DNA of 64,000 nucleotides, taken from the NCBI GenBank assembly GCA_030649055.1, contig JAUSGH010000001.1, positions 10,907 through 74,906 of the forward strand. The letters are read 5' to 3'. How positions within the stretch are numbered: position 1 is the stretch's first letter; each line of letters begins with the position of its first letter. Shown in pieces: positions 44,059 to 54,550 of this stretch. This DNA comes from a bacterium. GTDB lineage: Bacteria; Patescibacteriota; Minisyncoccia; UBA6257; JAUSGH01. Made by a program: the position numbers and the translations under genes. The notes under the pieces are model-generated. The model saw only the letters and a program-made list of their open reading frames with translations. It had not been told where the DNA came from and did not search any database.

Positions 44059-44151
44059 CGGTTGTTTTTCTTCTTCTTGCGTTTTTTCCGTTGCCGCGTA
44101 ATACTTTGTGCAGCACGACTCGGAATGTTCTATGTAAGGAAGGAGAACATC

Positions 44152-44751
44152 ATGGAGGAAACTTACCTCACGATTCTGCGCGACAAGGAGACAAAGACGG
44201 CGGAGTTCCGCTGGGCGGCTCACGGGTTGGCAAGACTGCTGATCCCGAAGGTGGTGGCGAAGCTTCCTATGAAGTCTCGCGCCATTGAGACGCCGATTGG
44301 CGCCGCGCAAGGCGCGTACGTCACCGACGACGTCATGGGGGTGCCTATCCTTCGCGCTGGCACCGCGTTCGTTCCCGCGTTGATGGATGTGTTGCCCGGG
44401 GTGCCGATCGGGTACCTGGGGATGGCGCGTGACGAGAAGACCGCAGAGGCAAGCGTGTACTGCGAGAAGCTGCCGCCGGAGCTTTATCACTACGCCGTCA
44501 TCATGGACCCGATGCTCGCGACCGGCGGAAGCGTCTGTCTGACGGTGGAGATCCTGAAGCACGCGGGCTATGACGAGAAGAACGTTTTCTTTGTCGGTAT
44601 GTTCGCGGCGCAGGTGGGGTTCGACAGGCTGAAGAACGTAATCCCCGAGGGGAACATCGTGGTGGCGTCAAACGGCGCGCAGCTCGATGAGCGGTTTTAC
44701 ATCATCGGTGGCTGCGGCGACTTCGGCGACCGGTACTGCGGGACAATGTAG
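44152..44751 (+). CDS. upp: Uracil phosphoribosyltransferase
   Basis: AAGGAAGGAG RBS. GAAQGAYVTDDVMGVPILRAGTAF, VIMDPMLATGGS and IIGGCGDFGDRYCGT motifs. Confidence 0.85.
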   Translation: MEETYLTILRDKETKTAEFRWAAHGLARLLIPKVVAKLPMKSRAIETPIGAAQGAYVTDDVMGVPILRAGTAFVPALMDVLPGVPIGYLGMARDEKTAEASVYCEKLPPELYHYAVIMDPMLATGGSVCLTVEILKHAGYDEKNVFFVGMFAAQVGFDRLKNVIPEGNIVVASNGAQLDERFYIIGGCGDFGDRYCGTM

Positions 44752-44761
44752 GGAGGACAGC

Positions 44762-44959
44762 ATGAACGCATTCACTTTGTGCCTCGCCATGACGGGGAAG
44801 CTCAGTCCCAAGAGGAGGAAGCAGATGGCTCGGATAGAGAAGCCGCGGTTGGGCAAGGTTACCACCACGCAGGATGGCGACCTCACTCGCTACAAGGTGG
44901 AGCTGAATCCGCCGAGGCCGCGGAAGCTGGTGATCAACTCGAAGCCGCGCAATAGATAG
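44762..44959 (+). CDS. Small basic hypothetical protein (65 aa)
   Basis: GGGAGG RBS 5 nt before the ATG. Lys/Arg-rich. Followed by a strong terminator. Confidence 0.45.
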   Translation: MNAFTLCLAMTGKLSPKRRKQMARIEKPRLGKVTTTQDGDLTRYKVELNPPRPRKLVINSKPRNR

Positions 44960-44975
44960 CGCGGAAGCAAGTGGT

Positions 44976-45010
44976 GGGGCAGGGAACGGCGAACGTTCCC
45001 TGCCCCTTTC
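44976..45010 (+). terminator. Intrinsic terminator
   Basis: ggggcagggaacg-gcgaa-cgttccctgcccc-ttt. Confidence 0.7.
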
Positions 45011-45075
45011 CATTTGTAGATTTCTATACTATGTTATGTGCAGTGCGTGGTTGGACATTCCTTGAAGGAGGACTT

Positions 45076-45651
45076 ATGTTCGCGGGAAATTGGTTGCTGC
45101 TCTCGGTCATCGCTGACCAGAAAATCGGGCAGGCGCACATGGTCTATGTGCGGCATGATTCGGACGGAAAGTACGCAGCAGGGAAGGAATACGTATTGCC
45201 GGACGGGAGGCGCTGCACGGTGCGGTGTACTATTCCTGGCGATACATATGCCGGCGAACTTCTCGGCCGCATCTACGCGATGAAGATCGATGGCGAGGGT
45301 GGCGTGTGGCACGATCTCGAATGGCTGCTGCTCAACGTTCGCGAGTTGGGCGTGGAAGACGGGAAAGCGCAGGCGGAGCATGAGCGCACCATAAAGGCGG
45401 CGCGAGACAAGGAGGTGATGAAGGCGGTGGGCGCCGGAATTGTCGCGTTGGAACAGAAGGTAGATGCTTTCAGGCGCGACAGCGAGGAGCGTGAAGCCGC
45501 GTACAAGGCGAAGCTCAAGGAGCTCAACTGGACGATCTATTGCCTGCGGCACAAGTCGCAGCCGAAGGTGTCAAAGGAAGTGCGCCGGGAACTCGGCAAG
45601 GCGGCTACCCAGATCTACGAAGGCAGGCGCAACAAGAAGAACAAGAAGTAG
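45076..45651 (+). CDS. Hypothetical protein (191 aa)
   Basis: AAGGAGG RBS. Start trimmed so the ORF no longer overlaps the upstream terminator. Confidence 0.5.
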   Translation: MFAGNWLLLSVIADQKIGQAHMVYVRHDSDGKYAAGKEYVLPDGRRCTVRCTIPGDTYAGELLGRIYAMKIDGEGGVWHDLEWLLLNVRELGVEDGKAQAEHERTIKAARDKEVMKAVGAGIVALEQKVDAFRRDSEEREAAYKAKLKELNWTIYCLRHKSQPKVSKEVRRELGKAATQIYEGRRNKKNKK

Positions 45652-45667
45652 AAGTGAACACGGGATA

Positions 45668-45696
45668 GTCACGCAATGCGTGACTATCCCGATCCA
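45668..45696 (+). terminator. Intrinsic terminator
   Basis: gggatagtcacgc-aat-gcgtgactatccc. Confidence 0.7.
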
Positions 45697-45807
45697 TTTT
45701 GTTATCCACAGCCAATAATGAGTAGGCGCCTGTTATAATAGAAAAGTACGGGGAAAACCCGTAAAGGTCGAGGATTTTTAGGTAATAATTTTCTTCAACT
45801 ACTATAT

Positions 45808-46488
45808 ATGTATGTACAAGGATGGGTTGATGTAATTGTGGTGTCGCTCCAGAACCTTTGGGCGTTGGTTATCGGATTCCTTCCGAACATGCTCGGCGCA
45901 TTGTTGGTCCTTCTTATCGGACTCATTGTCGCCGCCGGCCTTGAGCGTTTGGTAGAGCGATTGGTCTTCTATCTCCGCATTGACGCGCTTCTAGAGAAGA
46001 TGGGCGTCGGTGCGTACTTGCAGCGCGCGAATCTCCAGCTGAACGTCGGACACTTCTTGGGTAAGATTGTGTATTGGTTTATGGTTGTCGCTTTCTTATT
46101 GGCGGCATCAGACATCTTGAGCTTCACGGCATTGTCCGGATTCTTGCAGGATGTGCTCCTCTACATTCCGAACGTTCTGATCGCGGCGCTCATTCTGCTC
46201 GTTGCGGTGGTGGCAGCGAATTTCTTGAAAGGACTGGTGCTTGCATCAGTGCTTGGCGCGAAACTCCACGCGGCGAAATTCTTGGGAACAGCGACATGGT
46301 GGGTGGTGATGATCTTTGGACTTCTCACCTCTGCTGCGCAATTAAACATTGCGGTGGCGATCATCAATACGCTTATCACGGGAATGATCGCGATGCTGGC
46401 GCTTGCCGGAGGTCTTGCATTTGGCCTTGGCGGCAGAGACTCGGCCTCGCGTTGGATTGCGAAGATGGAAAACGAAGTGCGCCATTAA
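45808..46488 (+). CDS. Integral membrane protein with repeated TM helices (hypothetical; conserved-TM-helix-repeat type)
   Basis: Five to six hydrophobic helices. Repeated LxxLLVLLIGLIVAAGL-like segments. Confidence 0.5.
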   Translation: MYVQGWVDVIVVSLQNLWALVIGFLPNMLGALLVLLIGLIVAAGLERLVERLVFYLRIDALLEKMGVGAYLQRANLQLNVGHFLGKIVYWFMVVAFLLAASDILSFTALSGFLQDVLLYIPNVLIAALILLVAVVAANFLKGLVLASVLGAKLHAAKFLGTATWWVVMIFGLLTSAAQLNIAVAIINTLITGMIAMLALAGGLAFGLGGRDSASRWIAKMENEVRH

Positions 46489-46552
46489 AATGGTGCTTGC
46501 ATTGTTTGTGCATGCTGCGCTGTGAGGGTGCGGCACGCGCAAACGATTGAAC

Positions 46553-46585
46553 AAAAACACTCGCCTAGGCGAGTGTTTTTGTTTG
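46553..46585 (+). terminator. Intrinsic terminator
   Basis: aaaaacactcgcc-tag-gcgagtgttttt. Confidence 0.7.
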
Positions 46586-46629
46586 TCCCACCTTGCGGGG
46601 TTATGCACACCTTATACATGTCACCCCTA

Positions 46630-46657
46630 TTGACAGATTTTCATTGGTGGCTATACT
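46630..46657 (+). promoter_or_regulatory. Sigma70-like promoter for the 23S-5S rRNA unit
   Basis: TTGACA, 16-nt spacer, TATACT, about 340 nt upstream of the 23S 5' end. Confidence 0.55.
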
Positions 46658-47552
46658 AATGATTACACTGAAATGTTGACCTTAAAGCATAACCCCTGCG
46701 GCTCCTAGTCCTCCATAAAGAGGACAATTTCCAGAGCCGCGCACAGCGGCTTTTGTCGTTGTAAGGGGACCGGTGCTGACTGAAACGAACGGACATTGAT
46801 AAACAGGATCTGACAGAAAATTCTTTTTTGTCGGGTGCTCATAAGTAAATCAATGCAAATGAAAACGCAATTTCAAGAGTATTATCGAAAGCATTCAATG
46901 CTTCGATGATCGGTTTTACTGCTCAATATCTGCATGATGGCGGAGTATTGAGTACGCCTCGTTAAGTCGCCTCAGGCGACCGCGAGGTTGCACGCGTTGA
47001 ATTCAGAGCGTGTATAAGGGCGTATGGTGGATGCCTAGACACAAAATGGCGATGAAGGACGCAGCATAACTGCGATAAGCTTCGGGGAGGTGTGTAGCAA
47101 CCTTTGATCCGGAGATTTCCGAATGGGGAAACCCTGCGCGGTAAACCCGCGTAACGCATGCGATTAAACGCGCATGTGAGCAGACCCGCTGAAGTGAAAC
47201 ATCTCAGTAAGCGGAGGAATAAAAATAGATTAGATTCCCCAAGTAGCGGCGAGCGAAAAGGGAACAGCCTAAACTTTAGTGTGTGCAGCAATGTATACGC
47301 TGGAGGGTTGCAAGGGTAAGACATTTTTGCGTATCGCAAAGCTCTCGTTAAACAGGGCTGTGCGATTCGCGGAAGATTGGTTACAAATTGCTTCGTTAGC
47401 TGAAGCTTCTGGAAAGAAGCGCCAAAGTGAGTGATAGCCTCGTAAGCGAAAACAAAGCAACCAATTCGTTTTATTTCTTAAGTACCTCGAGACCACAACA
47501 TCTCGAGGGAATCCGCCAGTACTATCTGGTAAGGCTAAATACATTTTGTGAT

Positions 47553-47589
<37 letters not shown>

Positions 47590-49458
47590 CAGCCCGGCGA
47601 GGGCGCTGAAATAGTACCTGAAACCATATGTCTACAAGGACTAGAAGTCCAACCACTGAGCAATCAGTGGCGGACAACTAGGTGCCTATTGAAGAATGAG
47701 CCAACGACTTTACGTTTACTGCTTGTCTAAGTCGCTTCATGCGACGGAGGCATAGGGAAACCGAGTGTTAATAGCGCGTTCTCTTATTTATGACCGAGTA
47801 GCTGGTATGCTTCCAGCGTTCGGTCATAGATGAGAAGGCAGTAAGTGTAAGACCCGAAGCCAAGGCGAGCTTGCCCTGACCAGGATGAACCCGAGCGAAA
47901 GCGAGGGGGAGGTCCGAACCAGTTGATTGTGCAAAATCTTTGGATGAGTTGGGGTAAGAAGTGAAAAGCTAATCGAGCTTGGTAATAGCTGGTTCTCTCC
48001 GAAATAGTTTTAGGACTAGCGTTCCGCAAAAACCGTATGGGGGTAGAGCACTGGTTGATTCGTATTGGGGGAAACCTCGGCGCATCAGTCAAACTCCGAA
48101 TACCATACGGGACGCGGGATAGTCAGACTGTGGGGGCAAAGCTCCATGGTCGCGAGGGGAATAGCCCAGACCGTCGTCTAAGGTCCCTAAATTCTTGCTA
48201 AGTGTAAAAGGTAGTCATGCCCCAGAGACAGATAGGAGGTTGGCTTAGAGGTAGCCATCCTTTAAAGAGTGTGTAACAACTCACTATTCGATGGGTCGTG
48301 GCGCCAAAAATGTACCGGGGCTAAGCAAGATACCGACGACACGGGTGTCCATGACTTCGGTCGTGGACGCGGTAGGAGAGCATTCTGATTGCTGTGAAGG
48401 TTCATCCGTGAGGAGGACTGGAGCGTTCAGGAGTGAGAATGTTGGCATGAGTAACCATCAAATCCGATGAGAAATCGGATCCCCGAAAATCCAAGGTTTC
48501 CGTGGCAATGGCAATCAACCACGGGTTAGGCGATCCTAAGGCAATGGCGAAAACCGTAGCCGATGGGTAGCCGGTTAATATTCCGGCCCGCGCTTATTTG
48601 TGCGATGGGGTGACGGAGGAAAAAAGGTTGAGCGTCTCAATGGTTTGACGTCGCTGATGATAAGGAATGTGTTCTTGGCAAATCCGGAGCACTGTGTTTA
48701 ATCGCGAATTCCGCGCGTCGGCGTAAGGCCAAGTTTTACTTGGCTAATTCAACTGAAGAGCCTTCCAAGAAAAACCTCTAAGTTTAGGATAAGCGCATCG
48801 TACCGTAAACCGACACAGGTGGGTGAGGCGAGACGCCTCAGGGGAACGAGTGAGTCTTGGTCAAGGAACTAGGCAAAAAAGCGGCCGTACCTTCGGTATA
48901 AGGCCTGCCCGTCACGCCGCAAGGTGTGCATGGGCTGCAACAAAAGTACATTTGGCGACTGTTTATCAAAAACACAGCTTCCTGCTAACTCGTAAGAGGA
49001 TGTATAGGAGGTGACACTTGACCGATGCGAGAAGGTTAACGGTGGGTGTGTATTCGAAAGCAATTTTGGATATGCTCACTGCCCGAAGCCCTCGTCAATG
49101 TCAGCGGTAACTATAACCGTTCTAAGGTAGCGCAATTCCTTTCCGGGTAAGTTCCGGAGCGCATGAATAGTGTAACGATCGAATGACTGTCTCGACCAAG
49201 AGCTCGGTGAAATTGCGATTCCCGTGAAGACGCGGGATACCTGTAACGGGACGAAAAGACCCCGGGAGCTTTACTGTAGTTTGATATTGGCTTTAACGTT
49301 TTTCTGCGTAGCGTAGTGGCGAGGGTATGAAACCTGGTTTTCGGATCAGGTGGACCCGACAATGAAACAGCCATCTGGAAAATGTTAAAATCTAACCTTT
49401 ACGGCAAAAACGTATTGGGACAGTGTCTGATGGGCAGTTTTAATGGGGCGTTATCCTC

Positions 49459-49793
49459 AACAAAACGATTGACATCCGTTCAATCGAGGGGGTTAACGTA
49501 ATAAAAAATTCAGCTATATGCTGGGACATCCGTGCATCTTCAAGTACTCGGGCGCTTCGCGCTCAGTGAAAATCTTGAAGTGGCATCCGCCAGGTGGCGG
49601 ATCGACGGACAATCAGCAGGCAACCTCCGACGGACATCGGAGAGAGTCCTCAACGACTATACGCTGAACATCGTGATGTCACTCGCGATGAAGATATAGT
49701 CTGACCTCTGTGGCGACACAGAGAGTTGTGGTAGAAATGCCGCGCCGATCACCGGCAACTAAATTTTAGAGTTGCTGGCGATGTGTAACAAAT
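49459..49793 (+). other. ORF-less insertion of about 335 nt in 23S next to the P-loop region (candidate group I intron)
   Basis: Flanking sequence reads ...ggcgttatcctc | insertion | ctaaaaagtaacggaggag. The flanks together restore the conserved GGTCTCCTCCTAAAGAGTAACGGAGGAG. Boundaries +/- 2 nt. Confidence 0.55.
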
Positions 49794-50127
49794 GCCTAAA
49801 AAGTAACGGAGGAGTTTATTAAGGTTGGCTTAGCGCGAATGGAAACCGCGCTGGACGTGTAAACGCAAAAGCCAGCTTGACGGCAAGACCTACAAGTCGC
49901 GCCGGTGCGAAAGCAGAAGTTAGTGACCCGATGATCCGTCATAGAATGGTCAGAGACATCGGCTAAAAGTTACCCCGGGGATAACAGGCTAGTCTGGTCC
50001 GAGAGTTCCTATCGACGACCAGGCTCGGCACCTCGATGTCGGCTCGCCCTAGCGCGGAGGTGGAGAAGCTTCCAAGCGTATGGCTGTTCGCCATTTAAAA
50101 GGGCACGTGAGCTGGGTTCAAACCGTC

Positions 50128-50401
50128 AACGAAAAAGAACCTAGAGAAGACATCAACAAACGGCGGCGCTTTGCCGTAAGGCAAAGCTGAGAAGTTGACT
50201 CATATCGGTGAAGTCCTACAAAATCTTTAACCTGGGTTTTGAGGATAACCCCGAGGGAAGGTCCGATGAACGTCGGACCCCCGTAGAGACTTGATCGTAA
50301 GGGATCGGAATCCGGTTTTATAATCGGGTTAATACGTCAACCCTCCGATGAATATCGGAGTGATGGTATAGTCCAAACAATTAGTAATAATTGAGTATTG
50401 C
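50128..50401 (+). other. ORF-less insertion of about 274 nt in 23S at the I-CreI-type homing site (candidate group I intron)
   Basis: Flanks aaccgtc | insertion | gtgagacaggttagtc restore the conserved AACGTCGTGAGACAGTTCGG. Boundaries +/- 2 nt. Confidence 0.55.
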
Positions 50402-50826
50402 GTGAGACAGGTTAGTCTCTACCTGTTACAGGCGTGTGATGCTTGAGGGCAGTCGACCCTAGTACGAGAGGACCGGGTTGAACGAACCTCTGGTCTACCA
50501 GCTTTAGTACCAACTGAATCGCTGGGTAGCTAAGTTCGGAAGGGATAAGCGCTGAAAGCATATAAGCGCGAAGCCTAGCCCAAGATAAGGCATCTTTCCG
50601 CAAGGAAGCAGTCCGTAGAAGATTACTACGTTGATAGGTCGCAGGTGTAAGATCAGTAATGATTTCAGCCGAGCGATACTAATAGACTGTCACACGCTCT
50701 GAATTGAGCGCATGAAAGTAGCGTTCTCTGTAGAAATATAGAGGGCGCCAGTAAAACCGATCATCAAAGCATTGAACCCCCGCCTTTCGGCGGGGGGAAA
50801 GGGTTAGAAAAAACAACCTTTTTGTT

Positions 50827-50943
50827 TGCTGGTGTTTTGTTTCGATGTGTCCCACCTCTTCCCATTCCGAACAGAGTCGTGAAAGCATCGTGAGCCGATG
50901 ATACTAGCTGCTTCGGCGGCCGGGAAAGTAGGATATGCCAGCA
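50827..50943 (+). rRNA. rrf: 5S ribosomal RNA
   Basis: tgctggtg...cccacctcttcccattccgaacagag...ccgatgatact...gggaaagtaggatatgccagca. Confidence 0.85.
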
Positions 50944-50972
50944 ATCAAAAGGGTTGTTTTTGTAAAAAGATC

Positions 50973-51008
50973 AACGGCCTCGCTCTTTAATTAGAGCGAG
51001 GCCGTTGC
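50973..51008. terminator. Bidirectional terminator after 5S
   Basis: caacggcctcgctct-ttaatt-agagcgaggccgttg, a perfect 15-bp stem. Confidence 0.75.
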
Positions 51009-51027
51009 GCGTTGGCTGTGTTCGGCG

Positions 51028-51561
51028 TTACTTCTTTTCGTTCTTGTCCTTGTCCTCCCGATCCTTCTCCGCGGCGTCTTCTTTCTCCATTTCGTCCGTC
51101 GCCGCCTTCCACTCGTCGCCGGTGAGTGCGGTGAGCAGGAACCTCCATTCGGTGTTGAACTTCATCGCACACCACGCGAGTCTTGCGACGGTGTCGCGGC
51201 ATTCGGCGAGCTTGTCCTCTTCGTTCATGAGGTTGGGATTGCACAGGAGTCCGTAGGCGTGCACCCAGTGACGCTCGGTGCGCATGTAGAATTTCTCACA
51301 GTCGCGCAGTGCCGCCTTCGCCTCGTCCGTGAAGCGCGCGGGGTCCGCCTGCTTCTGGATGATGAGGAGGCACAGCACTTCCTCGCATGCCTCAGGAAGG
51401 CTCAGCCGGGCAGTCGAGGATATTCGCTGGAGCTCTGTGAATTCCTTGTACTGCGGAGACTTGGGGTTGTTCCGCTGGTCGCGCTTCTGCTCCTCTCCGA
51501 ACGCGGTCGCAGTGAGCATGGTGAGGGCGAGAACGAAACCGATGAGGGTACGTGCGCTCAT
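51028..51561 (-). CDS. Hypothetical secreted protein with an acidic/Lys-rich C-terminal tail (GC-rich)
   Basis: GGAGGA RBS. Signal peptide MSARTLIGFVLALTMLTATAFG. C-terminal EKEDAAEKDREDKDKNEKK. Confidence 0.5.
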   Translation of the reverse strand: MSARTLIGFVLALTMLTATAFGEEQKRDQRNNPKSPQYKEFTELQRISSTARLSLPEACEEVLCLLIIQKQADPARFTDEAKAALRDCEKFYMRTERHWVHAYGLLCNPNLMNEEDKLAECRDTVARLAWCAMKFNTEWRFLLTALTGDEWKAATDEMEKEDAAEKDREDKDKNEKK

Positions 51562-51678
51562 GGCGCATCCTCCGAAGGGAGACAATCAAAACACTAATCA
51601 GAACCATAACGGAACTCGTCGCCTTTGTCGAGCGTCTTTTGTTTTCTTGTTTTTTTGATTTCTTGGTAGAGTGAATGT

Positions 51679-52446
51679 ATGTCCAATCGCATCGTCAAAC
51701 AATTTCTCTACGGCATGTTCTATCTCCTCTCGCTCACGCTTATCGGCGGAAGCGTGTATTTGGGATATTTCAAACCCGCGGCGTCGTGTGTTGATAAGGT
51801 GCAAAATCAGGGAGAGGAAGAGGCGGACTGCGGGGGCCCATGTGTTGCCTGCGCCGTCCGGAAACTGCGGCCCATCAAGGTGTTGCCGTTGCAGTTGTTT
51901 GATATCGGCAACAACGCAAGCTCGGTGCTTGTGGAGCTTGAAAATCCGAACTTGAACTACGGAGCATCGCACATTGCTTATACCGTGACGCTGTATGACG
52001 CGCAAAACGCGGCGCTCACTTCATTCAACGGCGATACGTTCATTCACGCAGGCGAGGTAAAACTTATCGTATTTCCGGCGCTTGAGGTGCCATTCCGCGC
52101 TATCATGAGAGGCGATTTTGTGGTGCGCGATTCCGCGTGGCTCGCGGCGGGTGAGTTTCCGCGGCCGAATGTGGAAGTGCGTGAAGTGGTGACAAAACGT
52201 GAAGGAAAAACCGCAATCGTGGAAGGAGTGGTGCAAAATAATAATTCGTATGGCTTAAGACAGGCGGTGGTGAGCGCTGTTGCGATGAACCACGCGGGGC
52301 TTTTTGCGGACGCCTCACGCACGGTTCTCTTGGATATCCAGCCGTTTGAAGAACGCTTTTTTAAGATCGTAATCCCGCTGCTTGACGCTGATGCCGCAAC
52401 CCTTGATACTGCCCGTACGCGCGTGGTCGTGGATACGCGTCGATAA
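51679..52446 (+). CDS. Hypothetical membrane-anchored protein
   Basis: N-terminal TM helix (FLYGMFYLLSLTLIGGSVYLGYF), then CGGPCVAC, then an extracytoplasmic domain. Confidence 0.55.
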   Translation: MSNRIVKQFLYGMFYLLSLTLIGGSVYLGYFKPAASCVDKVQNQGEEEADCGGPCVACAVRKLRPIKVLPLQLFDIGNNASSVLVELENPNLNYGASHIAYTVTLYDAQNAALTSFNGDTFIHAGEVKLIVFPALEVPFRAIMRGDFVVRDSAWLAAGEFPRPNVEVREVVTKREGKTAIVEGVVQNNNSYGLRQAVVSAVAMNHAGLFADASRTVLLDIQPFEERFFKIVIPLLDADAATLDTARTRVVVDTRR

Positions 52447-52447
52447 C

Positions 52448-53524
52448 ATGCTTTCATATTTCAAGCGTCTTGATTGGGGCGTCACCGTTCCTGTGCTGGT
52501 GATGACCGCGGTGAGTTTGACTATGGTCGCGAGTATTGCTCCGCGGCTTTTTCCGATGCAGCTTGCGTGGTTCGGGATTGGCATTGCTGTGGCGGTATTG
52601 CTTGGCGTGAGCGACATACGTTCGCTCACCAATCATCGCGCCGTTGTCTACGGTTTATATATGTTGGCAATCGGGCTGCTGCTCGCCACGGCGCTTTTCG
52701 CGCCCACGATCCGCGGGTCGCGGAGCTGGTTAAGCTTCGGCCACGCGCAGTTTCAGGCATCCGAATTCGCGAAAGTGGCGCTTATTGTTCTTTTTTCATA
52801 TTTTTTTGCGAAGGGACACGCGCGCATCGCGCACGGCTCAACCATCCTTGTTTCATTTTTGTATCTTGCCTTGCCTGCGGCATTTGTCATGAAGCAACCG
52901 GACTTGGGATCGGCGCTGATCATGGGCGGTGTGTGGATCGGATATCTGTTTGCTTCAGGTATCAAGCCACGGCACGTGGGGTTGGGGCTTATTGTTGCCG
53001 TCGTCGGATTCATCATCGCGTGGAACGGATTTTTGAAACCATATCAGAAAGAACGCATTGTTGGACTTTTTGTGCCCGATCGCGACCCGCTGGGGGTAAA
53101 TTACAACGTTATTCAGGCAAAAATTGCCATCGGGTCCGGCGGATTTTTTGGCAAAGGATTTCGGCAGGGAACGCAGGTACAGCTGGGGTTTTTGCCGGAG
53201 GCGCAGACGGATTTTATTTTAGCCGCGCTTATTGAGGAGTGGGGACTAGTCGGGGCAATTATTCTGTTCGGCGCGTTTTTGTCGCTCATGCTCCGCATTA
53301 TTTGGATTGCGTTGGAATCGCCGAATAATTTTTCACGCCTCTTGTGTCTTGGGGCGATCATTTTATACCTTTTGCATTTTGTGGTGAATGTCGGTTCAAA
53401 TGTGGGACTGTTGCCCGTCATCGGAGTTTCGTTCCCATTTTTGAGCTATGGCGGCTCTAACCTGCTTGCAAATTTTATGCTTATCGGCATTATTCAAAGC
53501 ATCGCGGCGCGGAAGTCATTCTAA
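52448..53524 (+). CDS. SEDS-family peptidoglycan glycosyltransferase (RodA/FtsW)
   Basis: Ten-TM layout with conserved segments FQASEFAKVALIVLFSYF, GSGGFFGKGF, GFLPEAQTDFI and SYGGSNLLANF. Confidence 0.85.
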   Translation: MLSYFKRLDWGVTVPVLVMTAVSLTMVASIAPRLFPMQLAWFGIGIAVAVLLGVSDIRSLTNHRAVVYGLYMLAIGLLLATALFAPTIRGSRSWLSFGHAQFQASEFAKVALIVLFSYFFAKGHARIAHGSTILVSFLYLALPAAFVMKQPDLGSALIMGGVWIGYLFASGIKPRHVGLGLIVAVVGFIIAWNGFLKPYQKERIVGLFVPDRDPLGVNYNVIQAKIAIGSGGFFGKGFRQGTQVQLGFLPEAQTDFILAALIEEWGLVGAIILFGAFLSLMLRIIWIALESPNNFSRLLCLGAIILYLLHFVVNVGSNVGLLPVIGVSFPFLSYGGSNLLANFMLIGIIQSIAARKSF

Positions 53525-53525
53525 T

Positions 53526-54527
53526 ATGGGTTCTTTCTTGCGATATTGTTTTATTGCTATCACTGCGGCGTTTGTGCTTGCCAGTGCTGTATTTGTGCGC
53601 AGTTTGGCGGCGCCGGCTCGCGAAAACAAAGCGCAAATTTTCACCGTACTCCCGGGCGAGGGTTTGCGGGACCTCTCCGATCGTCTAGAGACCGAAGGAT
53701 TTATCCGCTCCGCGGGAAGTTTTCGCTTCTACGCGGTGCTTGTCGGTTCCGCGCACGCGCTGAAGCCCGGCACGTATGAAGTCACGTCCTCCGAAAGTGT
53801 TCCCGATATTGTGGAGCGGTTTGCCGAGGGGCCGCAAGACATCACGGTCACCATTCAAGAGGGAGGCACCCTCAAAGACGTTGACCGCATACTCGGCGAC
53901 CGCGGCATACTTACCGAAGGTGCCATTGTACAATTATCAGTGGCCGAATTCCGCGACCGTTACCCGTTCCTTAAAAATGTAAAATCGCTTGAAGGATTTT
54001 TATTTCCCGATACGTACAAATTCGCGCCGGGTTCGTTAGCGCGGGTAGTTACAGAAAAAATGCTGGATGTATTCGCGGTAAAGGCGTATCCCGAACTCGC
54101 GGCCTCCGGAAACGATTGGTACAAACATCTCATCATCGCCTCGCTCGTGGAAAAAGAAGTGCCCGACGTTGCGGAGGATCGGGCTATCGTCTCCGGCATC
54201 ATCGCGCGGCGGCTCAATATCGGCATGGGACTCCAAATTGACGCGACAATTGCGTACGCAAAATGCGGCGGAGCGCTTTTAACCTGCGGAGATATTCGCC
54301 TGGTGCGCGATGACTATGCCATTGCCTCGCCATATAATACCTATGCCCACGCCGGACTTCCGCCGACGCCGATTGCAAACCCGGGCGTTAATGCCATCCG
54401 CGCGGCCATAAACCCCAAGAAAACCGACTATCTGTTCTACCTTTCCGACCCAAAAACCAAACGCACCATTTTTAGCAAGGATTTTGAAGAACACAACGAA
54501 CAACGGGCGAAGTATCTTGGGCTATAA
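53526..54527 (+). CDS. mltG: Endolytic murein transglycosylase MltG (YceG-like)
   Basis: N-terminal TM helix, YceG-like domain with EGFLFPDTYKF and GLPPTPIANPG motifs. Confidence 0.8.
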   Translation: MGSFLRYCFIAITAAFVLASAVFVRSLAAPARENKAQIFTVLPGEGLRDLSDRLETEGFIRSAGSFRFYAVLVGSAHALKPGTYEVTSSESVPDIVERFAEGPQDITVTIQEGGTLKDVDRILGDRGILTEGAIVQLSVAEFRDRYPFLKNVKSLEGFLFPDTYKFAPGSLARVVTEKMLDVFAVKAYPELAASGNDWYKHLIIASLVEKEVPDVAEDRAIVSGIIARRLNIGMGLQIDATIAYAKCGGALLTCGDIRLVRDDYAIASPYNTYAHAGLPPTPIANPGVNAIRAAINPKKTDYLFYLSDPKTKRTIFSKDFEEHNEQRAKYLGL

Positions 54528-54550
54528 ATGGTACAATAAAGAACATATAT

